Source of the DNA: Octopus bimaculoides
Taxonomy: Eukaryota
Direction of reading: 5' to 3'
NCBI RefSeq assembly: GCF_001194135.2
Contig: NC_068998.1
Coordinates: forward strand, 40,235,911-40,299,910
DNA: 64,000 nucleotides
Part shown: positions 1 through 13,689 of the stretch, piece after piece
How positions within the stretch are numbered: the first letter of the stretch is position 1
Layout: each line of letters opens with the position of its first letter
Position numbers and translations under genes: made by a program
Notes under the pieces: generated by a model
Databases searched by the model: none
What the model was told of the DNA's origin: nothing
What the model saw: only the letters and a program-made list of their open reading frames with translations

Positions 1-1040
1 TGAATATATATATTAATATGTCATTGCTTTGCTATACTACCATTACATTAACCTCCAAATTATGGCCAGCTTGTTGCTGATATTAATTACATAGTTGCCA
101 TGTGATTAATGCAACAAATGACCACCAGCTTGTAATATATTAATTTTAACTATCAATTTCTCTGTTGAGTGAACTGGTAACTTCGTCTGTTTCCTCAACA
201 CGATGATGTCATAGTCCAGTCAATCCCTACCATCACCAATATAGATCTATAATGATCTATCGTTCCTTTGAATAACCCCTTTCTTGTCTATACAACTCAT
301 TAGTCACACATCAGTCAACCTTTATATATGGCAGGTTGACTCACGCAGAATTATATCCTGTCCGAATGTTTTTGCCACATTCAGACATTTTTACAGAAAC
401 ACAGCCAATATGACTCAACACTAGGGATTTCATTGTATCCATTTCTTTCTTTAAAAAATTGCTGCATTGATCGATTTAGAGGAAATTATATATTTTTAGT
501 AAATAGATGACTTAATAATTTGTATGTACTTCCTGCTCCACATTGTGTTGATTTCATTCTTTTTTTCTTTTTTTTTTTTAGTTACAAAAGAGGAGTTCAT
601 GATACTTTTGTCATACAATACGCAACACATCTATGGTAATCTTTTATTCTTTAGTCTTTTTCTGATATTGTTCATTAAACTGCGACCATTTCAGTTCCCA
701 CCACCTCCAGGAGTTTTAGTCGACTATATTATCCACTAGGATTGGCTGTTCAACTATATCAAAAAGTGATGATGATGAAAGACGCAAAATAGATAAGCTG
801 ACCTGGGCATAAAGGGATTTATTCAGAAAATGACCAAGTACAAGGATTTTTGTTTGATGCCCACATTCTGCCATTCCATGCCAATACGTGTCTGTGTGTG
901 TGTGTGTGTGTGCGTATTTATCAAACTGACTGTGTGTGTATATATATATATATATATAACCCATGCCAGCAGTTCAATCCATGCCAGCATGGAAAACAGA
1001 CGTTAAATGATGATGTATATATATATATACACACAGACAT

Positions 1041-1085
<45 letters not shown>

Positions 1086-1526
1086 CTCTCCATTTATCTG
1101 TATATCTCTGATTCTCTCTCTTTCTCTCTGTTCCCTCTCTCTATCTCTCTATCTATCTATTCATCTATGTATCTACCCATTCCACCTGTTACATAATATT
1201 CTTTAACTAGAGCAATCTAAACATCTACTCCCTCCTTATACATCGAAGTCACTTTCTTGTAACAGTTCAGTTTAACCATTTTGTGACTATATTTCAGAAG
1301 ACTGGGTGTTTCAATTAATTTTCAGCATAACAAAAATTTCAGAGACATTTAGCAAACTATCTGTAACTTTATATATTGATTATTGTTGTTCTTGTTGTCA
1401 AGGCATTGTTAGTGGTGTTCTGTAGCTCCAAGTCTGCTCTAAACAAGCAGGCTTAAAGATTTTTTTTCTGCTACAACACATTAAACACTTTTATTGGTAC
1501 AGTGCATTCAAGACCATGTTTCCTAA

Positions 1527-1557
<31 letters not shown>

Positions 1558-4500
1558 ATGAATGTGCATGTGTGTGTGTGTGTGTGTCTGTACAAGTCTG
1601 TATTTGTGTGCATGTGTGTGTGTCTGCATGCATCTGTGTGTTCCAACATACTTAGGTGTGGTTTGAGGAATAGTTAACTATTATTTCTAGCATGTCATCC
1701 AACTATGCAGACACTCCTTCATCAATTAGTAAGACCCTCACCCCCATCTTTGACCAACTGAAATCTTACATCGTTATTCCGGTTGCAACAAGATTCTGAT
1801 TGAAATATAAATTTACATGTAAAACCACACATATATTTACAGGAAGTCAATCTCAGCAGATGGGTTGATATTGAAAGGGTTAAACATCTTAGCACGACAC
1901 CACCAGAAGCAACATATATCTTTATCCATAAAATCTAACCCAATTTCTTGTCACTAAAATTTGGATGACATATTTCAATATCAATGTCAAACATTGATCA
2001 ATATAGATGGCAGCAACAGCCATTTTTGTCTGGCTTCAACAGTCTATTATCTTGCATGCAATAGTCTTTCTTTGGTGACTGTCTTGTTGCCATTGTCATT
2101 ACGATAGTTGTTGTTGATGTAGTGGTGGTGGTGGTGGCGGCGGAAATGGTTGTGGTGGTGATGTTGAGGATATAGTTGTTTGTTTGTTTCAGTTTCTGTT
2201 AGTTGTGTGGATGTGATTGTTGCCTTTTTTGTTACTGTTGTTATTGTTCTTCTTCTTCTTCTTCTTTGTCATCTTAATGATGACAATGAGTGAGGGGATG
2301 GGGAGTGGCACTAATGGTGATACCGATGGTGATTGTTATGTTCTTTCTGTTTTCCATACTATTTATTTATTGTTACCATTTCTTTTGTCAATGCTACTTG
2401 CCTCCTTCCTTCCTTCCTTCCTTCCTTCCNNNNNNNNNNNNNNNNNNNNNNNNNNNNNNNNNNNNNNNNNNNNNNNNNNNNNNNNNNNNNNNNNNNNNNN
2501 NNNNNNNNNNNNNNNNNNNNNNNNNNNNNNNNNNNNNNNNNNNNNNNNNNNNNNNNNNNNNNNNNNNNNNNNNNNNNNNNNNNNNNNNNNNNNNNNNNNN
2601 NNNNNNNNNNNNNNNNNNNNNTTCCTTCCTTCCTTCCTTCCTTCCTTCCTACTTTTGTTCTTTTTAGCTCTTATTGTTATTGTTCTGACTGTTTCTCCTC
2701 TTCTTTGTATTCCTGTGAATTTTCTATGCTAATTAGACATCTCACCCTTCCTTTTCATTATTATTGTTAACATTATTTATTAAGGGCCAGCTCAAATAGT
2801 AAGGTGCTGTATGAAATAACTTGTGGCATTTAGAAGCGTTCCGTATGTCCAGTTGCTATGAAGAGTGAAGAAACTTGGGTAGTAAATTCAATCTGTTGCC
2901 TAAATTTTTGGTAACTTTGTTATGGATTAACAGATATGGATATGAGGAAATGTCCAAATACACAAAAATTTGGGTGGCACTTCTCGCTCAAGTTAGAGAT
3001 AGGAGGTTGACTGGAGGATATAAAAATAATATCAATATTGTTGTTGTGTTTTTAAGGCATTGAGCTGGTAGAATCATTACTATACCAGAAAAACTGCTTA
3101 GTGGTATTTCTACTGGCTTTACATTTTGAGTTCAAATGCTGCTGGGGTCGACTTTGGCTTTCATCCTTTCAGGGTCAATAGAACGAGTACCATTTGAACA
3201 CTGGGGTCAATGTCATTGACTTGCTCCCCCTCCAAATTGCTGGCCTAGTGCCAAAATTTGAAACTAATATTGTTGTTGTTTTGTCTGATCTCATTGATCA
3301 GGCTTGTGATCAAAGGTGCTCCACCCCAAAACTATATTATTTCAGACATTGTGTACATACATTCAGTTAGCAGTCATCAGCACAATGGATGAAATAATAC
3401 ATTGCAATATTTGCTCCAGCTCTCTGCACCCTGAGGTCATATCTCGCTTTGCCTTTTATCCTTTCAGGGACAAAACCCATGTTTGTGTTGCCCCCCCCCC
3501 ACTTCTCTCTCTCTCTCTCACTCTCTCTCATTCTGGATATTCTGCTAGATTAGAAGTGACAGCATCAGCATGGTGTCTGCTCAAAACTACATGGGGAAAA
3601 ACTATTAACAGAGACATGGCCCATGCTGATACCAAGAAAAAAAAAGGATGTTTTTAGTGTATCTAGAACTACATTATGCAAAGCATCCTATTTTAAGATA
3701 GCAGGTTAGGATTTGAATGTAACTTGGCTGCTATTTTTAGCAAGTTAAGCAACTACATAGATTCCCTTGGTTTGTAGCATCATTTTTTTTTTTTTTTTTT
3801 TTTTTTTTCTATACTCTGAAAGTGTGAAAGTGACCTTCCTTGTTTTGACATGCTTTTAGATAAACGAGGCACAAATTGTTACCTGAATTGGATCCCAACC
3901 TCTTGTAGCACATGACATTTAGAGTTTTCTGCTCATGAGGGAACTTCTATGTGATGGCTCAAACTGCTAAAAGTAACAGCCAAATATCACTGAAAATCAC
4001 ACACAGCCATCTTTAAATAGTAAGACACTGGATAATTAAGCTGTTTTTGTTTAGTCCCAGGTCATTCCAAATCTGTGATCCAAAGCTGTTCCAGTTATGG
4101 CCATACTGTATTTTTTCTTCCAGAATAAATTACTTCAGACATCAGTATCCAATGTGTCATATTATAAGACTGTAGTGTGTAGTTTCAGACTGATTCAGTT
4201 GCTATTACAATCTGGTTGAGTGACTATGCAGAGCCCCCATCCCAACCTCATTAGTTCATACAGGATGTTATAAGTCTTAGATACATTATGTCTGGAAAAA
4301 AGTGAATGGAATGGTCACAGATGGAATGTCTTTGATCATAATTCTGCTTAGTCAGGACTTATATGAGGACAAATTGCAACATACAATAACTGGGAGGTGG
4401 GAATGTGATGGTGATGTTAATAGTAGTTGTGGTGGTGAGGTGATAATATTAGTGGTGGTGGTGGTGATAACATTAGTAGTGGTGGTGGTGGTGGTGGCAG

Positions 4501-7500
4501 TGGCAGCAGTGGTGGTGGTGGCTGTTGTTGTTGTTTAAAAGTTGGGCGAAGGACACATGAAATGAGTCAGTAGATTGGAGTAGACATCAGAAGTTATGAG
4601 ACTTCAGAGATGAAATAATGCAAGGCAGAGGCTCAGATATTCAGAGAGCAAGAGAGAGAGAGAGAGAGACAGAGAGAAAGATGCTGTATTGAAGACTTTC
4701 CTTACTCATTCCAGAGAGGAAGGTGGTGAAGCGGATATTAAACTGATGACATTGCAGCTGTTTCTCATGATCATTCAATTCAGTTTGTTATTGTAGCTGA
4801 TCATAATGCAGATGATAGTGATGATGATAATCACTCTCAATATGTTTGCAGGGATGATGGTGATGATTATGACTGTGATCGTGATGGTTATGGTGAAGAT
4901 AATGATGATGATAATCACCATCAAGATTATTGTGGTGATGATGATGATGAGAATGATGATGAATTATTGATGAATTATTGTCCTCACTTTTAGTCATATG
5001 ATCTGGTCCAGTAATTGCATACTTCATCTATTGAGATTCTGTCAAGCCAGCCATCCAGACCACATTTCCCCCTTCATTCCCCATAACCTGGACCAAATAG
5101 CAAATAAAACTTCATCTATTTGGCACATTGCCCAATCACCAAAGCCTGTCTAATTAAAAAATGTCTATGTCTTGTTGTTAAACCATTGTTGTTAGATGTG
5201 TAGTTTATCTGTTTCCTGTACTGCTGCAATGATAGATATCGGCTTAGCTTTGTCTACCCTTTGATTCACAAGTGTTAGAGCTTCAATTTTTTTTTCTCTT
5301 ATATTAACTGTCATCATCATCATCTTATTATTATTAGTTTAATGCCCAACCTCCCATGCTAAGGGAACCACAGTTAACTATTGTCAGTAGTATGTCAGAT
5401 TAACAGCCAATGAGAAGTTTGCTTCATAGTCATGTGGTTTCAGGTTTGGTACCACTGTGCAGCACCTTGGGCAATTGCCCACCCCCTTCTCCCCATCCAT
5501 AGTCTCATAGATATCCAAGCTCTGTCAGTAGATTATGTTAGATAGACATTGTGTAATCCCTTAGATAGCAGGCCTAATTTTTTACTTGGTTTAAAGCTAG
5601 CATCTGATCCCTGAATGCCTTTGGAGTAGTCCAGCCTGTTGCAAGCATTTGGACCAGGATTCAAGTCCATAGATAAATATGCTGTTTTGTAATACAGCAA
5701 CCCATAAGTCATGATATTTTTAATTCTTTCCTCCCAAAGGTTTTGCAAAAATGGGGTTCTGCCCTTACTCTCTTGACTATTATCAAGTAGAGTGACCATA
5801 TTGTCACAAGGACATGGGGAACCTTTTACAAGTAGTGAGTTGCATGAAACATTGTTCATCATCTGGCAAGCTGCACTACTAAAAAAATTAAAGGTAATTT
5901 CTGTGTTAGGTGTGCTATTCAGAAATTCCTGCAGGTTGCCTGTGACTGCTTTATAGTAATGTATTTTTCTCACATTGGTATGAATTGTGCTGGTGTATAC
6001 GTTCACTCAAGTAGATAGATTAGTTGTGTATATTTTCTAAAATTTCTATTTATATTTCTGTTTATGTATTCATAAAAATATCTAGAATTAAGAATTACCC
6101 CTGTTGTGAAAAGAAAAAAATGTTTTAACTTAATGAATTAATTCTAGTCAAAAAATATAGGGGTGACAACTCCAAAAGATAAATTAAAAATATATAATGT
6201 AAGATTGTAACAGGTAGTGAGTTTGATATTTTGCAGCAATATACTTCATATTACAAGTTTAAGTAGGCAAAAATATTACCAGTGTTATCACTGCAGTTAC
6301 TAAAGGACAGACTCTCTGCCCACAGTCTATTTTTAATTGACTTTTATTTTATACTAGCAATGCACCCCAGTGTTGCTCAGGTGTTATGACCTACAGCCAC
6401 ATTGTATTATTTGTTCCTTTCTTATGGGTAGAATTGGCACACTAAGAGTATGAAGCAAACAACTTTTCTTTATAAACATGTTTTTCAGTCATTTTCTGAT
6501 GAACAACACTACAGTTTCCGTCTACCAAATTCAGTCACAAGCCTGTAGTTGGCCTAGGGCTATAGTAGAAAACACTTGCCCAAGAGGGACTGAACATAGA
6601 ACCATGTGGTTGGGAAGCAAACTTCTCAACCACTCAGTCATTCTTGCACCTAATGTGTGTGTGTGTGTGTGTTTACATTTGTTGTTAAATCGAGTATTGT
6701 GTCCCTCTATGCCTCAAAGTTAGCAGTTCATCAAGCAGATATCTATAAAATAAATGCCAATTGAAATACGTACTGAGATCAGTATGATCAATTAAATTTT
6801 TGAAGGTGATACCCCATCATGGCGACAGTCAAAAGACTAAACCCAGTAAAATAAGGTTTAAAGACTTAATGACTTCAAATTTAAGGTAATGGATTACTAA
6901 CCACAAGATAATGAGTTCAAAACTTTGTATTGAACTTCCACTCTATACGATGACACTATATGTATATCTCAGTGTACTTGACTTCCAACAATTAACAATT
7001 GTAATTTGAAGTTGAATGGTTAGCAATAAGAAAGATGTCCAGATTTCTTTAAAAAATTATTGTGCAAAATATTCTGGGAANNNNNNNNNNNNNNNNNNNN
7101 NNNNNNNNNNNNNNNNNNNNNNNNNNNNNNNNNNNNNNNNNNNNNNNNNNNNNNNNNNNNNNNNNNNNNNNNNNNNNNNNNNNNNNNNNNNNNNNNNNNN
7201 NNNNNNNNNNNNNNNNNTAAATTGAGCTACTACAAATAGCAGCCAAATCTCTGTTAAAACACCTTTCACCAAAAGAAAGACACAGATTTACAGTATTTCA
7301 AGAAGCAAAATAAAGAACTATGCAATGGGTCTACTACATCAGAGGCAACTCCGGTCTAAACAAAGCACAAACATACTTCACATTAAAAGATTATCTACTA
7401 AATAATACTAATAAAGTTGACAGTATATCTTCGAAGTTTTATTCCCTGGTAAAACTCCATGTATTTTAAACATTTTCTCACTATGCTCTATCTAAGACAT

Positions 7501-7691
7501 AAAGATTGTTGAGGCAGAGTTGCATCCCTTAGCTAAAGACCTCAAAATTGTGTGATCCGGCCTCATTTACGAGGTTATTTTTGTAGTAGAAAAGAGTTGT
7601 GCAAAAAACGTACTTTATTTGGTAGCCAAAAGATTACTGAATCTTTTGATACGTCAAAATCAGCAACTCAGTTTTTGAATCCATAAGGAAA

Positions 7692-7726
<35 letters not shown>

Positions 7727-8569
7727 CTGTTTTATATATATAGATATATAGGTATAGACAATATAAACTTTAAGGTTATGTCCCTTGCTTTACTTTGTTA
7801 ATCAGAATTTATCATTAAGCTAATGGATTTCTCTCCTCACTACATATGTAGTTTTAATTAATTAAATTTCCTTCTCTCTAAACGTTAAGTATGTTGGCAC
7901 TGTCTTTTCTAAGATATACAGCTATGCTTGTTTATTTATCAAGCACCATTAATATATATTTATATATGTCTGCATGTCCAATAAGCAAGACATTGATATT
8001 TGTCCATTCCCCCCCCCCACTGCTGTCAATTTAAAAACCTCCGCATACCAATCCCACTATCCACTATCAATTTTATTGCTTGCCACCCCCATACTCTCAC
8101 AACCCCCACATGACACTACCATTACCATTTTAACCAATGTGGGAGTTGTTGTATGGTTGCTCAACGTGCTAAAAATAGCAGCCAAATATTCCTTATATCG
8201 CAACCTACTGTTTTTTTGTTTTTTTTTGTTTTTTTTAAATGTAACACATTGGGATAATGATATCACTGTAGATATATGCTAACCAGGAAAAAGAAGGAAT
8301 CCTCAGGGCTGAAAGGCCTTTAATGGTAAGTCTAATGGTCAGGATTAAACAACAACAAAGCCAGCCATTCCATTACCTCCATCACCATCATGAACAACCA
8401 TTCCATACACCATAATGTTACCACTAACATCACCATTATAACACCCCATCATCATCACTATCACTTTGCCTTCTAGACTTATATCATCACCATTCCACAC
8501 CGCCACTATCATGAGCAACCGTCTTATACCACCGCCCTCATAATGGTCAGACACTCCACCACCCTACTC

Positions 8570-8995
8570 CATTTGACATCTGTGCCCAGTGACGCCTTTC
8601 TGGCACTTGTGCCCATGGCATGTGTAAGGACTTTCGAGCGAGATCGTTGCCAGTGCCCCTGGACTGGCTCTTGTGCAGGTGGCACATAAAATACACCATT
8701 TTGAGCGTGGCCGTTGCCAGTACCGCCTGACTGGCCTTCGNNNNNNNNNNTAAAATACACCATTTTGAGCGTGGCCGTTGCCAGTACCGCCTGACTGGCC
8801 TTCGTGCCAGTGGCACATAAAAGCACCCTCTACAGTCTCAGAGTGGTTGGCGTTAGGAAGGGCATCCAGCTGTAGAAACTCTGCCAGATCAGATTGGAGC
8901 CTGGTGTAGCCATCTAGTTTCACTAGTCCTCAGTCAAATCATCCAACCCATGCTAGCATAGAAAGCGGACATTAAACGACGATGATGACGATGAC
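8570..8995 (+). mobile_element. SINE family A, longest copy (contains a small N gap)
   Basis: Same core and tail as 30629-30930 with more 5' sequence. Confidence 0.9.
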
Positions 8996-9499
8996 TACCT
9001 ACTTCATACCACCATTACTGCCACCATGAGCTTATAAAAGGAGCCTCTACATAATTGCTTGACCTGCTGGAATACACAGCCGAATCTCCCTCAGATTGCA
9101 TTCTGTCATCTTAAGGTAAAAGAGCATTGACAACAGGGCCTTTCGTTCCCTGCACATTGGAAAAAGACTGAGTGGTCATGGTTAGAATATCTTCGATCAT
9201 GGGTCTGCTTGACTAAGGCTGGCCTAGGGCTAATCAACAACAGTTAACATCACCATAACAAACAACCTCACACGTTTATTGCTACTAACAGGACCAGCCA
9301 TCACACACCCTTCAGTACCACCACCACTACAATCACACTACACCACCGCCTACCATCAAGTAATTATGTTGCTCTATTATTCATGAGTTAAAAAATGTTA
9401 GTTTACCCAAGACATATGAAAAATTAATATTGCATTTTATATCTGGCACTTCTCCCTCCGTGTTAGTTGGTTGGTGCACTTTCTTTTTCTCTTGCACGC

Positions 9500-10119
9500 T
9501 TTCTCTGTCTCTCATATACAAATACATTCACTATCTCTCTCTCTCTCTCTCTCTCATGCACGCACACACACACACACACCTTCTTTCTGTCTGCACTTTT
9601 TCACACACAGTCTCTCTGAATCTTTCTCACACATACGCACTTTCTACCTTTCTCTTCTATATACACACTTTCAGTCTGTCTCTCCGTCTCTCTTTCTCTC
9701 TTTTCTTCTCACTCTTCCCCTCCCAAGTTGTAATATTCCCTCTCTACCTCTCTTTCTCTCCCTGTCTTTCGTCTCTCTCTCTCTCTCACTCTCTCTACCT
9801 CTCTACTTCTCTCCCTTTCTCTCTACCTCTCCCCCTAGCTCTCCTCTCTCTACCTCTCTCTCTCCCTCTCTCTTTCCCTCTCTCTCCCTCCCTCTCTCCC
9901 ACACTATCTTCCCACACTGCATCTTTCACACATATACGCAAATATTGTCTTTTCTCTGTCACTCACACATACCAGTACATACCTCCAGTTTTCTTCCCTC
10001 TCTGTCTGTCTCTTTCTTTTTCCTAAACTCTCTCTATCTCACTCATACACTTTTCCCACCTGTTTTTTCTCTCTCACACATACTTTGTCTCATTCATAAA
10101 CATTCTCTGACCATCACTC

Positions 10120-10167
<48 letters not shown>

Positions 10168-10500
10168 ACTCACTTATATGCCCCTCTCTCGCACATACAT
10201 TTTCTCCATCTCCCTCATACATACACATTGTCTCTGTGCATGTGTGTCTCTTGCACACATGCTTTCTGCTTTTCTCTCTCTCTGTCTCTGCCTGTCTGCC
10301 TCTCTTTGTCTCTGTCTGTCTGTCTCTCTCTCTCTGTTTGCCTGTCTGTCTCTCTCTCTGTCTCACCTACACTCTGTTTTTCACATATATACTTTCTCTG
10401 TATCTCTTCCTCTCACATTCTCTCTTTGTACATTGAAATTCTGTCTTTATCACATGCTTGCAAACGCACACACACACACACACATACACATTTTTCTCAC
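9500..10500. repeat. Large compound (CT)n/(CA)n low-complexity tract; one example of the many AC, AT, AG, ATAC, ATCT, CAT, CAA and TAA microsatellites across the window
   Basis: Directly visible. Confidence 0.95.
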
Positions 10501-10604
10501 TTTATCTTATTCTCTCCCTTGATGTCTGCCTTTACACGTTTTGGGCTGTTCCCCCCCCCCCACTATATNNNNNNNNNNNNNNNNTATATGCCTGTCTTTT
10601 TCAA

Positions 10605-10647
<43 letters not shown>

Positions 10648-11519
10648 ATGGCACCTTGGGCAAGTGTCTTCTACTATAGCCTCGGCCCGAGCAAAGCCTT
10701 GTGAGTAGATATGGTAGACGGAAACTGAAGGAAACCTGTCATATGTGCATATATATATATATATATATATATACATACACTTTATTATTAAAGCTGCAAA
10801 AATATCCATTCTGGATCACAACTACCCAACAAACAGCAACATGAAACTCTGAGTAGCAGTTTTTTGTGATACTTTTGTGATGTTTTTGCAGCTTTAAGAA
10901 TAAACATGAAACAAGGTGGGAAAAAATAGTACGCGAATACTAGAGGTATCTTTGTTCTAGCACTTTAGGTTCTGAGTTCAAATTCGACTGAGAGAGATCA
11001 ACTTTGCCTTTCATCCCTCTAGGGATGATAAAATAAAGTACCAGTCAGATGGTGTGATAAACACTATCAACTAAACCACCCTATCAAAATTGCTGGCCTT
11101 ATACCTAAATCGGAAACCATTATTAATATTATTTGTTCACCTGTTTTACATCTGCTATTTCAAGTTAGCATGGGTTTGATGAATATTTTTTGGAGCATTG
11201 TTTTACAGTCAGTTTTCCTTCCTGTTGCTAACTTTTTTTCCATCTTTCAAATAAGGGATCTCATATTTCACACATCTATGATGTAACTAAGTGTTCAGAT
11301 GATTTGCTGGCAGGAGAAATGGCAACAACACCATACACACACACACATATATACACATGCAGACATGCATGTATGTATATGTATATATGCACTTACAAAA
11401 GGCATCTTTAAGTTACCCTCTATCGTTCACTCATGAAGCAGCTATTGCAAAAAACACTTGCCCAAGGTATTACGCAGTGAGACTGATGCTGAAACTACAT
11501 GGTTGAGAAGCAAACGTTC

Positions 11520-11795
11520 AGGAGTGTGGCCTAGTGGTTGGGGTGTGTTTGGTTCATTACCATAAGGTTGTGTGTTCAATTCTTAGGCTAAATGGCATGT
11601 TGTGTCCTTGAGCAAGGCACCTTATTTCATATTGCTTCAATCTACTCAACTGGGAATAAATACCAACCAGTTGCTGATTCACTCCCTCCAGTTGTCACAT
11701 CCTAATATTCTGCAGGGTCAAAAGTACCAGGGTATCTATGTTGGCTTATGACTACATAGGCACCTAAAGTAATTAACCAAAGCATAGTACATGTT
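11520..11795 (+). mobile_element. tRNA/CORE-like SINE family F; related copies 19838-20100(+) and 24590-24745(-)
   Basis: A box TGGCCTAGTGG, TGTCCTTGAGCAAGGCAC core; tail ACTACATAGGCACCTAAA..AAAGCATAGTACA shared with the 19838 copy. Confidence 0.7.
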
Positions 11796-12111
11796 ACTTA
11801 GCCATACTTGCACATGATGACCAACTCCAACTTTAGCTATTACTACAGCTTGGAGTGATAGGTTCTTTTAGCATTCTGTCAGTTTGTCTTGTTTTTTTTT
11901 ATATAAGCTACTTGGAGACAGTGGTGGCTCTGAGACTTGTGGCTGTCACCACATTTTAAGGTTCACTTTGCAGAGACAGTTATGGATCTTTGAGTAAGTG
12001 GATTATAAGACTCACTACTATCATTACAGTTTAAGAAATGAGATAAGATTCCCTGCTATCACTACAGTGTAAGACATGTCATAAGATTTATCAATATCAC
12101 TATGTCACTAT

Positions 12112-12342
12112 GTGGATGTAGGTGTCTTCAAGATGAGGCTGGACCTCTTCCTGTCAGGTGTCCCAGATGAACCAATTTTGCGGCAGGAGGTGCAGATGAG
12201 GGCAGCTGCATCAAATTCTCTCTGCACCAAATGTTAATTCCTGAAGTAAAATTCGTGAAGTAAAATTGTGTAGCAACACCAAATGGCGGTGCCCCAGCAT
12301 GGCCACAGCGCATGAGCTGAAACTAGATAAAATGAAAAATGA
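12112..12342 (+). mobile_element. LINE extreme 3' end (ORF2 tail plus 3' UTR), CR1/L2-group-like
   Basis: DVGVFKMRLDLFLSGVPDEP..RAAASNSL then a short UTR ending GGCGGTGCCCCAGCATGGCCACAG..CTGAAACTAGATAAAATGAAAA. Confidence 0.7.
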
Positions 12343-12409
12343 TAGTTTAAGATTTGTCATGTGATTCACCACTGTCACCACAGTTTAAGATCTGATGTTT
12401 GGGACATAA

Positions 12410-12506
12410 CTTAACATGGAATTTTGAAGAAAGGTTTTAATTTAAAATGGGAAGATATATCATAGAAGTAGGGATGGTTTTAGGCAGGTTGGTATCAAAA
12501 GGGTTA
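12410..12506. mobile_element. Partial piggyBac-type MITE end
   Basis: aggttggtatcaaaagggttaa is the reverse complement of the left end of the 31515 MITE. Confidence 0.6.
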
Positions 12507-13420
12507 ATTATCTCTCGCAGGTTAACTCTGAGGAATGTCCGGTGCTGCATACATACTAATACAGATGCAAACACAGACAGACGTACACACATAAATACAC
12601 ATAAACTTACATGCATGTATCCATACATATGTATATTCACACATACATGCAAACTTATACAGATGCACACACACACACACACACATACATGCACACAAAT
12701 TTACATGCTTGTATTTGCACACACATTTAAAACAGGGAGTAATTGTTACAATGTTAATCAATAAAATTGCACTAACGATTCAGTTTTGTAATTAATCTCA
12801 ATGCTAACTCTAACCCTAACCCACACCTATATTTAGTAATGGCACACACTCACACAAGCTACTGGTTTAACAGGTGCTGAAAGATACTGCGCCAGGGATA
12901 CGCAATATTTTTAGCAGTGTCACATTAGCTGAAAACTGGGTTTGGGGATTTTTTCTTTTATATTTATTTCTGGTAATTACTTCTTGTAAAACCCTGCTAT
13001 TGCTCATCTTCATGTGTATATATTTGTATATCTTTATGGGCAAGTATGTGTGTGTATGTGTCCATGTGAGAGTGATTTTTAAATGTGTGTTTATCTCAGC
13101 AGGAGTGTGTGTGAGAAAGAGAGTTTTTGTGTGTGTGTGTATTGTTTAACCCTACATTAGCACTGGCTGAGTGAACCTATGTTTAAAGGCATTATAATTA
13201 AGGCCATCTTGTCTTTTTTAGGTATTGTGTATCTAGGTTTACACTGTCCAATATGTCATTCATTTTTAAAAGATGGTAAGATGTAATTTGAAGGAAATTT
13301 GGTTGCTTCTTTTAGCCAGTTAAATGACCATGTAACAATTTTTTAGCTTGTGTGCTTGTGAATTTATGTGTAGAGGTGGAGGGCACACTATTGTGTGTTA
13401 TTTATGTTTATGTTTGTGAA

Positions 13421-13459
<39 letters not shown>

Positions 13460-13689
13460 TGTATTTATATGTATGTGTTCTTAGGAATAAAGGTTCGTTT
13501 ATGGTGCCAAAACATCAATATCCACCTCATCCAACATCACAATTTTACAAGGAGACATTATGTATGACTGGACAATCTACTAGAAATAGCATCCAAATCT
13601 CCCTCGAATAATCTTTTCTACTATAGGCACAAGGTTTGAAATTTAGTGGGAGGGGGCTAATCCTGGGATGGTCATGGGTGTAGAGTCCT

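Noticed and set aside
4788-5027. His-rich 79-aa ORF
   Set aside because: Product of a (GAT/GGT)n trinucleotide tract.
8690-8810. Apparent extra internal repeat unit in the family A SINE
   Set aside because: An identical ~50-bp stretch flanks a 10-N gap, typical of an unmerged contig overlap; not counted as a real third unit.
9430-10436. 321-aa and 198-aa ORFs rich in S/L/H/T
   Set aside because: Translations of (CT)n/(CA)n microsatellite, which lacks stop codons; no coding signal.
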